A stretch of DNA of 64,000 nt from Armatimonadota bacterium (lineage in GTDB: Bacteria > Armatimonadota > SYMT01): NCBI GenBank assembly GCA_041690135.1, contig JAWLHY010000006.1, forward strand, positions 96,001 through 160,000. The letters run 5' to 3'. How positions within the stretch are numbered: the stretch's first letter is position 1; each line of letters opens with the position of its first letter. The position numbers were made by a program, and so were the translations under genes. Under the pieces are notes generated by a model. The model did not search any database. It had not been told where the DNA came from and worked only from the letters and a program-made list of their open reading frames with translations. Below, in pieces: positions 9,134-18,998 of this stretch.

Positions 9134-10273
9134 ATGCTGCCACCACGAATTCCCTTCCACCGCCTGCTATTGTCTCTCGCGCTGATGCCCCTGGGGTCCT
9201 ACGCCGCGTTGGCGGCCGGTGAGGTAGCAACTTCCAGCGCCCCGGTACCGATGGCGGAGGCGGTCGATCGTCCGGGAATGTTGCCCCCGGAAACGCCGGC
9301 GCCGCTACCGATGGTCCGGGAGGCGACCGCGCTCCCCTCGGTTCGGGTCCCGTCGCCCGCGAAGGGGAAACGCCGGAAAGCTCCACCGCGGAACGCCTCC
9401 TATGCGAAGGGCATCTACACGGTCGAAAAGCAGGGCTCCGGCGTGTACTACCGGAAAGGCATCGTGCTGAAGGTAGGCGTGAATGTGATCGAGGCTGACC
9501 TCTCCGACCCGGAGGTACGGGTGGGCGCGATGGTCTCCCGCAACGGGATCGGCACGGCCGAACGGTTCGGCCAGATGGTCCGCCGCGCCCAGCCCGCCGC
9601 GGCGATCACCGGGACCTTCTTCGGGATCAAGAGCCGGATTCCCACCGGCGACCTGGTCATCAATGGTCAACCGATCTTCCGCGGTTTCATCGGTACGGCG
9701 GTGGCCATCACGCCGGACAACCGCGTCGAGTTCGTCACCACCCGGTACAAAGGACCGGCCATCGACTGGTCGAAGTACGACACCGTCATGCGGGGCGGGC
9801 CGCGCCTGGTTCAGGACGGCCGGGTGATGATGACCGCGCGCAGTGAGGGTTTCCGCAGCCTGCCGATCTCCGCGCGCCGCACCCGTACTGCCGTGGGTCT
9901 CACGCGCGACAACCACCTTCAGTTCGTGGCAGTGCGCCAGGGAATCACCCTCTGGGAGTTGGCCAAGGTGATGAAGGCGATCGGCGCCTACCAGGCAGTG
10001 GCGCTGGATGGCGGGACGTCCACGGCCATGTATTTCGCGGGCCGCTACATCGCCAACCCCGGTCGGGGGCTCACGAACGTCCTGATGATCTATCACCGCA
10101 AGGACCGGTACGAGGCGATGAAACACACCTTCACGGGCCCCTACCAGGTCAGCAAGGCGACTCCCCCGCCCCCTTCCGTATTACCCGTTGATACCCGCGT
10201 ACCCGAGAACAACGGCTTCGAACCGGCCAAGGGTCTGGACTTCCCTCTCAAACCGATGGACGCCGGTCTCTAG
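9134..10273 (+). CDS. Phosphodiester glycosidase family protein (NAGPA/DUF2233), secreted
   Basis: Signal peptide; AAITGTFF, GGPRLV, RTRTAVG, ALDGGTSTAM motifs. Confidence 0.85.
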   Translation: MLPPRIPFHRLLLSLALMPLGSYAALAAGEVATSSAPVPMAEAVDRPGMLPPETPAPLPMVREATALPSVRVPSPAKGKRRKAPPRNASYAKGIYTVEKQGSGVYYRKGIVLKVGVNVIEADLSDPEVRVGAMVSRNGIGTAERFGQMVRRAQPAAAITGTFFGIKSRIPTGDLVINGQPIFRGFIGTAVAITPDNRVEFVTTRYKGPAIDWSKYDTVMRGGPRLVQDGRVMMTARSEGFRSLPISARRTRTAVGLTRDNHLQFVAVRQGITLWELAKVMKAIGAYQAVALDGGTSTAMYFAGRYIANPGRGLTNVLMIYHRKDRYEAMKHTFTGPYQVSKATPPPPSVLPVDTRVPENNGFEPAKGLDFPLKPMDAGL

Positions 10274-10310
10274 AGCTGTTCGTGACCGTGGGACGCATTG
10301 TGCCGGGCGC

Positions 10311-11603
10311 TTATCCGTTCCCCTCTCCATCCACCAGTTCCCACGTCCGCACGGCATTGGCGTAGTCCTCGCCGTCCCGCACCGGGAGCGCCGCGAGCCG
10401 GCGCAGCAGCCGCTGCGCCTCCGCGTGCCGCCCCTGCCCTTCCAGGGCCTCGGCCAGCATTCGCAAGAGGCGCCACCGCTCCGACCGGGACATCACCCCT
10501 CGACCGTGACGCACCCAGCGCAGGTTCTTTTCCGCCCGAACCCACTCGCCCCGCCGCAAGAGGAAAGCCGTATATTCAACCAGGTGCAGCGTGCAGGGGT
10601 ACTTTGCCAACGCGCGCCGCAGGCTCTCCCGCGCCCCATTCACCAGGCCGACCGCCTCCTGTGCCAGACCCTGCTGAACCAGCAGCCGGTTAACATCCTG
10701 CGCATCTTCCGCCAGCCGCAAACCTTCTTCGCAGAGGCGGAGGGCCAGGTCTGCGCGGTCGAGGGAGCGAGCATCTTCGGCGGCGAGGGCGAACACCCCC
10801 CCAATGCGGCTGCCGGCATCGCCGTAGGAACCGCGCGCAGCGTGCATCCGGCAGAGTGCCAGCAGCGTTTCGTCGTCGTTCAACTCGATCAAAAGAGCCC
10901 GCGCGGCCTCGAAGAGGGCGGTATTCAGCGGCGCCAGGTCCAGGCCGCGCCGGAAGAACCGGAGCATTTCCGGCCACTGCCCTTCCGGGCACCAGTCACG
11001 GTGCCCGGAGAAGCAGGCCGGCACGAAGTCCGGATGGCGACTCAGTACCCGGCGATAGAGCCCCAGCCCGCATGGCTCGTCGCGGCGAACCATCGCTGCC
11101 ATGAACTCCGCGTAGGCACTCTCGTCGTTTTCCGCGCGAGCTTCCCAGGCGAGAGCGTTGCGGAGGTCCTGATTGCGGTGGGCTTCCGCGTCGAAGGCGG
11201 CGCAGAGGCGCCGGAACACGGTCTCCGAGCAATCGATGAGCGACGCCTCCTCCCGGAAATGCTCCCGTCCTTCGGGAAACCAGCGGTCGAGGAGGCACCG
11301 GGCGCCCCACTCCATCCGGTCTCGCAGGTCCCGCACAGGCGCGGCATCTTCCCAGCCTTCCACTTCCGAAACGGTCCGTTCGCCCGTCTCACCCTCGGTT
11401 ACCCGGTACACGGAGGCACGCACCCTCACTTCTCCCTGACCGAAGCGGTAAGTTCCAGTGAGATAGGCGCCCGCCCAGAGCTTTGGGTGCGCCCGGCGGA
11501 GATAGTCTTCGAATCGCGCTGGCCGCTCCAGCAGAGGGCGCACCGCTGAGCGGGCCATCCAGTGCGGGTGCATGTTCACGCACGGCGACCGCCACCAGGT
11601 CAT
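10311..11603 (-). CDS. TPR-containing hypothetical protein
   Basis: TPR-like C-terminal helices. Start MTWWR chosen for its GGAGG RBS; alternative in-frame ATG at 11732 overlaps the upstream stop. Confidence 0.6.
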   Translation of the reverse strand: MTWWRSPCVNMHPHWMARSAVRPLLERPARFEDYLRRAHPKLWAGAYLTGTYRFGQGEVRVRASVYRVTEGETGERTVSEVEGWEDAAPVRDLRDRMEWGARCLLDRWFPEGREHFREEASLIDCSETVFRRLCAAFDAEAHRNQDLRNALAWEARAENDESAYAEFMAAMVRRDEPCGLGLYRRVLSRHPDFVPACFSGHRDWCPEGQWPEMLRFFRRGLDLAPLNTALFEAARALLIELNDDETLLALCRMHAARGSYGDAGSRIGGVFALAAEDARSLDRADLALRLCEEGLRLAEDAQDVNRLLVQQGLAQEAVGLVNGARESLRRALAKYPCTLHLVEYTAFLLRRGEWVRAEKNLRWVRHGRGVMSRSERWRLLRMLAEALEGQGRHAEAQRLLRRLAALPVRDGEDYANAVRTWELVDGEGNG

Positions 11604-11731
11604 GGCAAAGACCTCCGCCAGGTAGGTTCCGAGCCACGGCGGTCCCGCCCGGTCTTCTTCGGACAGGAACCGCAGGGGCGCTATCGACGGGTTATCGCAA
11701 GGACTGGGGATGCGGCGAATGTCGACGGACA

Positions 11732-12673
11732 TCAGGGGAGCTCTCCCCGGCCGTGGGGCTCGTTCCAATCGAGGATCGGTCCCAACGGCACGATCCGGGT
11801 CGGGTTGATCTGGTCGTGGGTCATGTAGTAGTGGCGCTTGATGTGGTCGAAGTTGACCGTTTCGCCGAACTCCGGGCGCTGGTACAGGTCACGGGCATAC
11901 CCCCAGAGGTTCGGGTAATCGATCAGCCGGCGCAGGTTGCACTTGAAGTGCCCCACGTAGACGCTGTCGAACCGGACCAGCGTCGTGAAAAGGCGAATGT
12001 CCGCTTCGGTCAACTGATCCCCTACAAGGTACCGTTGTGCCTTCAGGCGTTCCTCCAGCCAGTCGAGCCGCGCGAAGAGCGCCGTCACTGCCCGCTCGTA
12101 CGCCGCCTGCGAGGTAGCGAACCCGGCCCTATAGACGCCGTTGTTGACGTCTTCATAAACGACCGCGTTGACCTGGTCGATCTCATCGCGGAGGGGCGCT
12201 GGATAGAGTTCCGGGGCACCGGGCCGGTGGCAGGCGGTGAACTGCGTCTCGAAATCGATCGTGATGTCCGGAAAGTTGTTCGTCACCAGGCGCCCGGTAA
12301 CCCGGTCCCAGATACACGGCACGGTGTAGCGCCCAGAGTATTCGGGGTCGGTGCGCAGGTAGGCTTCCGAGAGGAACTTGAATCCGCACACCGGGTCCGG
12401 ACCGTGCCCCTCTCCCTCCGTGAAGGCCCAGCCCCGCCCGTTCCGGATCGGATCGACCACCGACATCGAGATCACCGGCTCCAGACCCAGCAGCCGCCGC
12501 ACGATGACCGCCCGATGGGCCCAGGGGCAGGCCAGCGACACGTAGAGGTGGTACCGCCCCGGTTCCGCCGGGAAGCCGGAGGAGCCGTCCGCGGTGATCC
12601 GGTCCCGGATCGTATACTCCTGCCGCACGAACTCTCCTTCGCGACCTGTCTCTGATGGGAACTGTCTGTTCAT
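11732..12673 (-). CDS. yqjG: Glutathionyl-hydroquinone reductase (YqjG/ECM4-type GST)
   Basis: GRYHLYVSLACPWAHR, YTVPCIWD, VNNGVYRAGFA, TEADIRLFTTLVRFD, HIKRHYY. Confidence 0.9.
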   Translation of the reverse strand: MNRQFPSETGREGEFVRQEYTIRDRITADGSSGFPAEPGRYHLYVSLACPWAHRAVIVRRLLGLEPVISMSVVDPIRNGRGWAFTEGEGHGPDPVCGFKFLSEAYLRTDPEYSGRYTVPCIWDRVTGRLVTNNFPDITIDFETQFTACHRPGAPELYPAPLRDEIDQVNAVVYEDVNNGVYRAGFATSQAAYERAVTALFARLDWLEERLKAQRYLVGDQLTEADIRLFTTLVRFDSVYVGHFKCNLRRLIDYPNLWGYARDLYQRPEFGETVNFDHIKRHYYMTHDQINPTRIVPLGPILDWNEPHGRGELP

Positions 12674-12806
12674 CGGTCCTCGCCTAGGGTCTCAGCCAAC
12701 CTCGGGGTCACGGCGAACCGTCGGTAACACTCCTGGTCCAGCCGCGCTCCAATTAAGGCATGCCACTGGTAGACTTCTCGATACCCGAACTGGCCATGGA
12801 TGGAAC

Positions 12807-13121
12807 TCAAAACCTACCTTTGAAGGCGCCGTCAACGAACGACCGGACAAAAGCCTCCGGCGCCAGCACCTCTCCGTGCCGGGCCGCCACCTGGCACTGG
12901 AGGTCCCAGTTTCTGCGGATCACGTGGTCGGTCTCCCCGGAGAACTGCAATACGGTAGCCACGATCTCCGTCCAGTGACCCTCCAGTCCATAGGTCTCTC
13001 GCAAGATCGGCGTAATCTTCTGGAGCTTCCACTCTTCCAGGGGCGGCAGGTGCCCAGTGACCCAGAGAATGTAACACTCCATGATCCGCCGAAAGGGGCT
13101 TTCTACGGGTTCTGTTGCCAT
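12807..13121 (-). CDS. Hypothetical protein
   Basis: Helical, protein-like 104-aa ORF (PFRRIMECYILWVTG...AFVRSFVD); start uncertain. Confidence 0.55.
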   Translation of the reverse strand: MATEPVESPFRRIMECYILWVTGHLPPLEEWKLQKITPILRETYGLEGHWTEIVATVLQFSGETDHVIRRNWDLQCQVAARHGEVLAPEAFVRSFVDGAFKGRF

Positions 13122-13280
13122 CCATGTGCCTCTTGAACGTATCGCTTTGCCGAACTGGACGCTCGCGACGTGGGACAGGGCTTGCACTTGAGAGGCAGTG
13201 GCGACGGTTACTTCCTCCAGGTAGGGAGTTGGGTCGGGGTTCTGACTGGGAGTGGGAGATAGAAGCAACTCCCCACCCCT

Positions 13281-13736
13281 TCAGCTCCCATCGCCAGTGT
13301 GATCTCCGGCTCCTCCCGCCACCCCGTCCTGTGGCTCCACCGAAGTGGCACTCCGCACGATCCGGCGGAGGACAGCGGTCGTGTCCCGCACTGACTGCCC
13401 CAACCTCTGGGGATCCCAGACTTGCCCCGTGACGGTGCCTTCGGGTCCGATCGCCCAGCAACGGAAAATCAACTCATCCGGCACTCTGCGAGGGAAATAG
13501 GCAAAAAAGTTGACCTTCACCCGCTCCTTACTTCCCCAGGTTTCATACACTTCCCGGGCGATGTCCACCATCCGGATTGGATCGCCTGCTTCCAGGAGAA
13601 CAATCACCTGCCCATCCAACACCAGGCTCCGCAACTCATAGGGTGAGACCTCTTCCGGCTGGACTTGCAGGGCCTTCAGCGTTCGCAGCAGCGCCGTCCG
13701 CAGCAGATAGTTCTCCACCGCCACGATCCACCGCAT
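13281..13736 (-). CDS. Hypothetical protein, possibly a degenerate receiver-like alpha/beta fold
   Basis: GGAGGG RBS before ATG; MRWIVAVENYLLRTALLRTL...VIVLLE pattern. Confidence 0.55.
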   Translation of the reverse strand: MRWIVAVENYLLRTALLRTLKALQVQPEEVSPYELRSLVLDGQVIVLLEAGDPIRMVDIAREVYETWGSKERVKVNFFAYFPRRVPDELIFRCWAIGPEGTVTGQVWDPQRLGQSVRDTTAVLRRIVRSATSVEPQDGVAGGAGDHTGDGS

Positions 13737-14282
13737 TCTACCCCTCCGCGAAAACGTCTTCGGTCATCCAAGCCCCAACTGCTCGAACATCCGACTGCCT
13801 GAACATTCATCCCTCACAGGAGGCCCGAACGCCTGAACACCCGAATAGAAACTCTCAACAGCCCTCGTCATCCTGTCGCAACATCCTTCGGAACGCCGTA
13901 CGCTCCTTCCTCCGCTGATAATAATGTTCAGCGTTCGAGCCCCTCCCTTCCGCCCCGCGCCAATGCACCGCAAGATCCGACTTCCGGCGGCCATTCATGA
14001 ATAAGGAAGGGCGCGGGAACCAGGAACGCCCTCCCAACCGGTATTCATCGGCGGCTCAGGGAGCAGTCACCCCCGAGGACGCGTGCAATCTAAGGCTCGC
14101 CCGCACCTCGTCCGCCCGCAGGGTCCCCACCCCTCCGCCAAGAGATCGCTGCCCGCCATTCCATCTTTAAAATCTGCGTCATCTGTGGACTCACATGGCT
14201 GGTGCCCCAAAGTCCAACGCCCAATGCCCACGTTGAATAAGGGTTGTTTTGCTGCTAAAATACGCGCCGAGGTAATCGTTTC

Positions 14283-17200
14283 ATGAGCTTCCTGAAGTCA
14301 CTACTGGACGGGAACGAGCGCGAAGTCCAGAAGCTGCGTAAAGTCGCGGCGGAGATCCATGCGCTCGAGCCCCGCATCCAGTCGCTCACGGATGAGCAGT
14401 TGGCCGCGAAGACGGTCGAATTCCGCGAGCGGCTGCAGCCTTTCGTCGCCCGGCTGGACGAAGCCAAGGAGCGACGCCGGGAAGCCAAGGAGCCGGGTGA
14501 GCAGTCCGCGGCCGATTCCCAGATCAAGGCTGCCTACGCCGAACTCGAAGCCGAGCTGAACCGGATTCATCCCGAAGCGTTCGCCTGCTGCCGCGAGGCC
14601 GGCAAGCGCGCTCTCAACATGCGGCACTTCGACGTCCAGATGATCGCCGGAACCGTCCTTCACCAGGGGCGGGTGGCGGAGCTGGCGACGGGCGAAGGCA
14701 AGACGCTGTCCGCCACTTCCCCGCTTTACCTGAATGCACTGGTCGGCAAGGGCGCTCACCTCGTCACCCCTAACGACTACCTGGCCAAGCGCGACGCCAC
14801 CTGGATGGGTCCCCTTTACCACATGCTGGGGCTCTCGGTCGGCATCATCCAGGGCGCCAGCTCGGACCACCCGCATGGTTCCGCCTGGCTCTACACGCCG
14901 GGGCACGTCGCCGACGATCCGCACTTCAACGACTTGGTGCTGATCGATCGCCGGTCCTGTTACGACTGCGACATCGTTTACGGCACCAACGCCGAGTTCG
15001 GGTTCGATTACCTCCGCGACAACATGGCCCACCGGCTGGAGGATATGGTCCAGTCCGAGTTGCACTTCGCCATTGTCGACGAGATGGACAGCATTCTCAT
15101 TGACGAAGCGCGGACCCCGCTCATCATCTCCGGGATGCCGGAGGCCTCCACGGATCTCTATTTCCGCGTCGACCGGGTCGTTGCCCGATTGCAGGCCGAG
15201 CGAGACTTCACCGTTGATGAGAAGGCGAAGAACGCCATGCTCACCGAGGACGGTACGCACCGCGTGGAGGAGGGCCTCGGCATCGAGAACCTGGCGGATG
15301 ACGTCCGGCTGATGCACCACGTTACGGCCGCCCTGCGGGCTCGCTTTGCCTACAAGCGCGATGTCGACTACGTGGTGAAGGAAGACAAGGTCATCATCGT
15401 CGACGAGTTCACCGGCCGCATGATGTACGGCCGCCGGTACTCCGACGGCCTGCACCAGGCGATCGAGGCGAAGGAAGGCGTCCGGATCGAGGAAGAGACG
15501 CAGACCGTCGCCACCATCACCATCCAGAACTACTTCCGCCTCTACCACAAGCTGGCCGGCATGACCGGTACTGCGAAGACGGAAGAGCAAGAGATCCGGA
15601 AGATCTACGGCATGGACGTGGTGGTCGTACCGACCAACCTTCCCATGATCCGGAAAGACCAGCCGGACGTCGTCTACAAAACGGAAGAGCAGAAGTACCG
15701 CGCCCTGGTGTTGGAAGTTCTCCAGAAGCACGTGCATGGGCAGCCGGTGCTGGTCGGCACCCGGTCGATCGACGTTTCCGAACGGCTCAGCCAGCGGCTC
15801 GAACTTGGCGAGCGGCTGCAACTGCAGGCGCTCATCCTGATCCTGCGCGACAAGCTCCTGAGCACTAAGGGTCTTCCGAAGCCGCAGGTAGAGGAGTTCC
15901 ACACGATCCTCAACACCAAGCTGGAGGACCTCTACATCTCCAAGCTCACGCCGGTCGCCAAGGCCCTGGGCGTGGAACTGGACGCACTCCATGCGGATAA
16001 CATTGCGGCCCTGAAGCGCCTGCTGGACATCGACACCAACGAGGAAGTCCTCGTAGATGCCCTCCGGGACGGGGTACCGCACGCGGTGTTGAACGCCAAG
16101 TACCACGAGCGGGAAGCCGAGATCATTTCGGAGGCCGGACGGAAGCACGCGGTGACGATCGCCACCAATATGGCGGGCCGCGGGGTCGATATCATGCTGG
16201 GCGGCAAGCTGGATCCCGGCGTCGCGCCCGAGCCGACCGAAGTCATGCTCTCCAGCGGGATCAAGAAACTCTACCCCACCCACCTCAGCGCGGAAATCGC
16301 CCAGCTAGGCGGGCTCGCCATTATCGGCTCCGAGCGACACGAGAGCCGGCGCATCGACCGGCAGCTCCGCGGGCGGTCCGGCCGGCAGGGGGACCCGGGC
16401 GAAACGCGGTTCTATCTGTCCCTGGAAGACGAGCTGTGGCGCCTCTTCGGAGACCGTGGCCAGGCTTTCCTGGGCGGTTGGCCGGAGTATGAACGCCTCG
16501 AAGCCAGCATTCTCACCAAGGCGATCGAGCGCGCGCAGCGGAAGGTCGAGGAACACAACTTCGGTATCCGCAAGCACACGCTCGAGTACGACGACGTCAT
16601 GAATGTCCACCGGGACGTCATCTACAAGCAGCGGCGGGAGATCCTCCAGGGCACGGATCTCCGCGAGACCCTTCTCGACCACGCCTATGACATGGTCGGC
16701 GGAGCGATCGAGCGCCATTGCAGCATGGTGATGCAGCCGGAGGACTGGGACCTTCGCGGCCTCTACGACGAGATGGACCTGCTCTTCGACCTGTCGCTCC
16801 ATGCCCGCCCGGCGGACCTGGAAGACAAGACGCGCGAAGAGATCCAGGAATTCCTCTTCGGTATCGCCGAGAAGCAGTATGAGGCACGCGAGGAGAGCCT
16901 GACGAAACACGGCATCGATCCGCGCGACGCGGAGCGCCAGGTGACGCTCCAGATCATTGACCAGAAGTGGGTCGAGCATCTGAACGCGATGGAGTACCTG
17001 CGCGAGGGCGTATGGATGCGCGGTTTCGAACAGCGCGATCCGCTGGTCGTCTATAAGAAGGAAGCCTTCGACATGTTCCGGGCGCTGCAAGACAGCATCC
17101 TGGACGACATGGTCAACTGGATGTTCCACCTGGCAATCCGCGAGCCTGCCCCGCCGCCTCCGCCCCGTGCCGTCGTCAGCCCATTGGACCTGGACGGAGA

Positions 17201-17372
17201 AGCCGAAGACGACGGCTTCGCGGCCGCCACCCGATCCCCGTTGGGCGGCAACGGTGCCCGGCGGGCTGTTGCGGCCAACGCGGCGGGCCGCAAAGCTGGC
17301 CGCAACGATCCCTGCCCTTGTGGCAGTGGCAAGAAGTATAAGTTCTGCTGCCTGAAGTCCGGCGCGGTGTAG
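14283..17372 (+). CDS. secA: Preprotein translocase subunit SecA
   Basis: MRHFDVQ, LATGEGKT, NDYLAKRD, IVDEMDSILIDEARTPLIISG, ATNMAGRGVDI, SEC-C motif GRNDPCPCGSGKKYKFCC. Confidence 0.99.
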   Translation: MSFLKSLLDGNEREVQKLRKVAAEIHALEPRIQSLTDEQLAAKTVEFRERLQPFVARLDEAKERRREAKEPGEQSAADSQIKAAYAELEAELNRIHPEAFACCREAGKRALNMRHFDVQMIAGTVLHQGRVAELATGEGKTLSATSPLYLNALVGKGAHLVTPNDYLAKRDATWMGPLYHMLGLSVGIIQGASSDHPHGSAWLYTPGHVADDPHFNDLVLIDRRSCYDCDIVYGTNAEFGFDYLRDNMAHRLEDMVQSELHFAIVDEMDSILIDEARTPLIISGMPEASTDLYFRVDRVVARLQAERDFTVDEKAKNAMLTEDGTHRVEEGLGIENLADDVRLMHHVTAALRARFAYKRDVDYVVKEDKVIIVDEFTGRMMYGRRYSDGLHQAIEAKEGVRIEEETQTVATITIQNYFRLYHKLAGMTGTAKTEEQEIRKIYGMDVVVVPTNLPMIRKDQPDVVYKTEEQKYRALVLEVLQKHVHGQPVLVGTRSIDVSERLSQRLELGERLQLQALILILRDKLLSTKGLPKPQVEEFHTILNTKLEDLYISKLTPVAKALGVELDALHADNIAALKRLLDIDTNEEVLVDALRDGVPHAVLNAKYHEREAEIISEAGRKHAVTIATNMAGRGVDIMLGGKLDPGVAPEPTEVMLSSGIKKLYPTHLSAEIAQLGGLAIIGSERHESRRIDRQLRGRSGRQGDPGETRFYLSLEDELWRLFGDRGQAFLGGWPEYERLEASILTKAIERAQRKVEEHNFGIRKHTLEYDDVMNVHRDVIYKQRREILQGTDLRETLLDHAYDMVGGAIERHCSMVMQPEDWDLRGLYDEMDLLFDLSLHARPADLEDKTREEIQEFLFGIAEKQYEAREESLTKHGIDPRDAERQVTLQIIDQKWVEHLNAMEYLREGVWMRGFEQRDPLVVYKKEAFDMFRALQDSILDDMVNWMFHLAIREPAPPPPPRAVVSPLDLDGEAEDDGFAAATRSPLGGNGARRAVAANAAGRKAGRNDPCPCGSGKKYKFCCLKSGAV

Positions 17373-17534
17373 AGCCGGAGGCCGAACAGGAATTTCTCAA
17401 ACAATGGATTGCGGAATTGCTGTTCGGCCTGACCCCTGCGCCGGCGTCATGGAGATAAATGCTTCGCAGTCGTCGCCAGGGCGCCCTCGCAGCAGGTACG
17501 GGGTTACGGGCCCGGGACTCTGGATGTAGTAGTA

Positions 17535-17759
17535 ATGGAAAACCAGGAAGCCCAGCAAAGCCCTCAGGAAGAGACGATCTACGCCGTCTCCTTTCCGCCC
17601 GCCATGTACGCGCGCGACATCCTCCAGAGCCGGAGTTTCGCGCAGGCCATGGGTTACGCCTGGCTGCACGACGAAGATACGGAGTTCGTCCGCAACTTCC
17701 GCGAGCAAGTCCGCCGCCAGGCCGAGTTCTACGACCAGTGGCTCCAGCAAGAAGGCTGA
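17535..17759 (+). CDS. Small hypothetical protein between secA and prfB
   Basis: 74-aa ORF with strong GC3 coding bias, co-directional with its neighbours. Confidence 0.6.
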   Translation: MENQEAQQSPQEETIYAVSFPPAMYARDILQSRSFAQAMGYAWLHDEDTEFVRNFREQVRRQAEFYDQWLQQEG

Positions 17760-17766
17760 AGGCCCG

Positions 17767-17832
17767 CAACTTTCAACCTGCGGCCTTCAAACCGTCAACT
17801 GGTAACTTTCAACCTTCAACTTTCCAACCTTT
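17767..17832. repeat. Degenerate heptamer array (TTCAACC/T)
   Basis: caactttcaacctg...cttcaaaccgtcaactggtaactttcaaccttcaactttccaacctt. Confidence 0.65.
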
Positions 17833-17887
17833 AGCCCCCGAGGGGGGCTGCAAACGCAGATCACAGATTAAGCCGAGACGATCCACC

Positions 17888-18998
17888 ATGTTGATCGACC
17901 TGACCACAGAAGTTACAGCTCTTTCTGAAAAAGTGGAAGAGCTGGGGAGGCATCTTTGACATCCCAGGCAAAGATGCTCGTATTGCTGCCCTCCGCGACC
18001 AGAGCCTGAAGCCGGATTTCTGGGAGGACCCCGAGGAAGCTCAGAAGGCCATGCAGGAACTGGCGCGCCTCGAGGCCGCCGCCAACCCCTGGCATGAATT
18101 GAAGACCCGCCTGCAGGACGCACGCGAGCTGCTCGAGCTGGCCGAAGCCGAGGAGGACCCGGAGCTCTATGCCCAGGAAGTCCGGAGTGAGCTGGACCAA
18201 CTCCAGGAGATCTATCAGCAGCTCGAGATGGCGGATATCCTCTCGGGCAAGCACGACGCAGCCGACGCCATTATGGAGATCAACTCCGGTGCCGGAGGCA
18301 CTGAGTCTTGCGACTGGGTAACACTCCTCCTGCGCATGTATCTCCGCTGGGCCGAACGCCACGGGATCAAGGCGGAGATCATCGATGAAGTAACGGGCGA
18401 TGTCGCGGGGCTCAAGAGCGTCACCATCCATTTCCGAGGCGAAAACGCCTACGGGCTGCTGAAGAGCGAGCACGGGGTGCACCGCCTGGTGCGGATTTCG
18501 CCATTCGACGCGAACAAGCGGCGCCACACCTCTTTCGCCAGCGTCGATGTCGTGCCGGAGTTGGAAGAAGAGGAAGAGGTCGAGATCAACCCGAAAGAGC
18601 TGCGGATCGACACTTATCTCTCGGGCGGCGCGGGCGGTCAGAACGTGCAGAAGAACGAGACGGCCGTGCGGATTACGCATCTGCCCACCGGTATCGTGGT
18701 GTCCTGCCAGAACGAACGGTCGCAGTTGAAGAACCGTGAGTTCGCCATGAAGGTGCTGAAATCGCGGCTTGCGGAGATCCAGCGGAAGGAACAGGAGGCC
18801 CAGGTGGCCGCCCTCCGGGGCGAGCAGCGGGCCATCGAATGGGGAAGCCAGATCCGCTCCTACGTCTTCCAGCCATACACGCTCGTGAAGGACAATCGGA
18901 GCAACTACGAAACCGGCAACATCATTGCAGTGATGGACGGGGAAATCGACCCGCTGATCTATGCCTACCTCAGCTCCACGCGCAGCCATGCCTCCTGA
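17888..18998 (+). CDS. prfB: Peptide chain release factor 2, translated through a programmed +1 frameshift
   Basis: MLIDLTTEV...GRHL then CTT-TGA-C at 17954-17960 with an internal SD (GGGAGG); the +1 frame contains SPF and GGQ motifs. Confidence 0.97.
17944..17960 (+). promoter_or_regulatory. prfB +1 frameshift site
   Basis: ggggagg-cat-CTTTGAC, the canonical RF2 autoregulatory cassette. Confidence 0.95.

Noticed and set aside
15800-16065. Intein in SecA
   Set aside because: No N-terminal Cys/Ser block or C-terminal His-Asn; the insert is short and helical.
14301-16283. Long antisense ORFs (also 30951-32744, 54705-56444, 61557-63626, 24238-25287)
   Set aside because: Shadow frames of well-supported genes in high-GC DNA, with no recognisable motifs.
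17944-17960. prfB as a pseudogene or novel recoding event
   Set aside because: This is the well-known RF2 programmed +1 frameshift.
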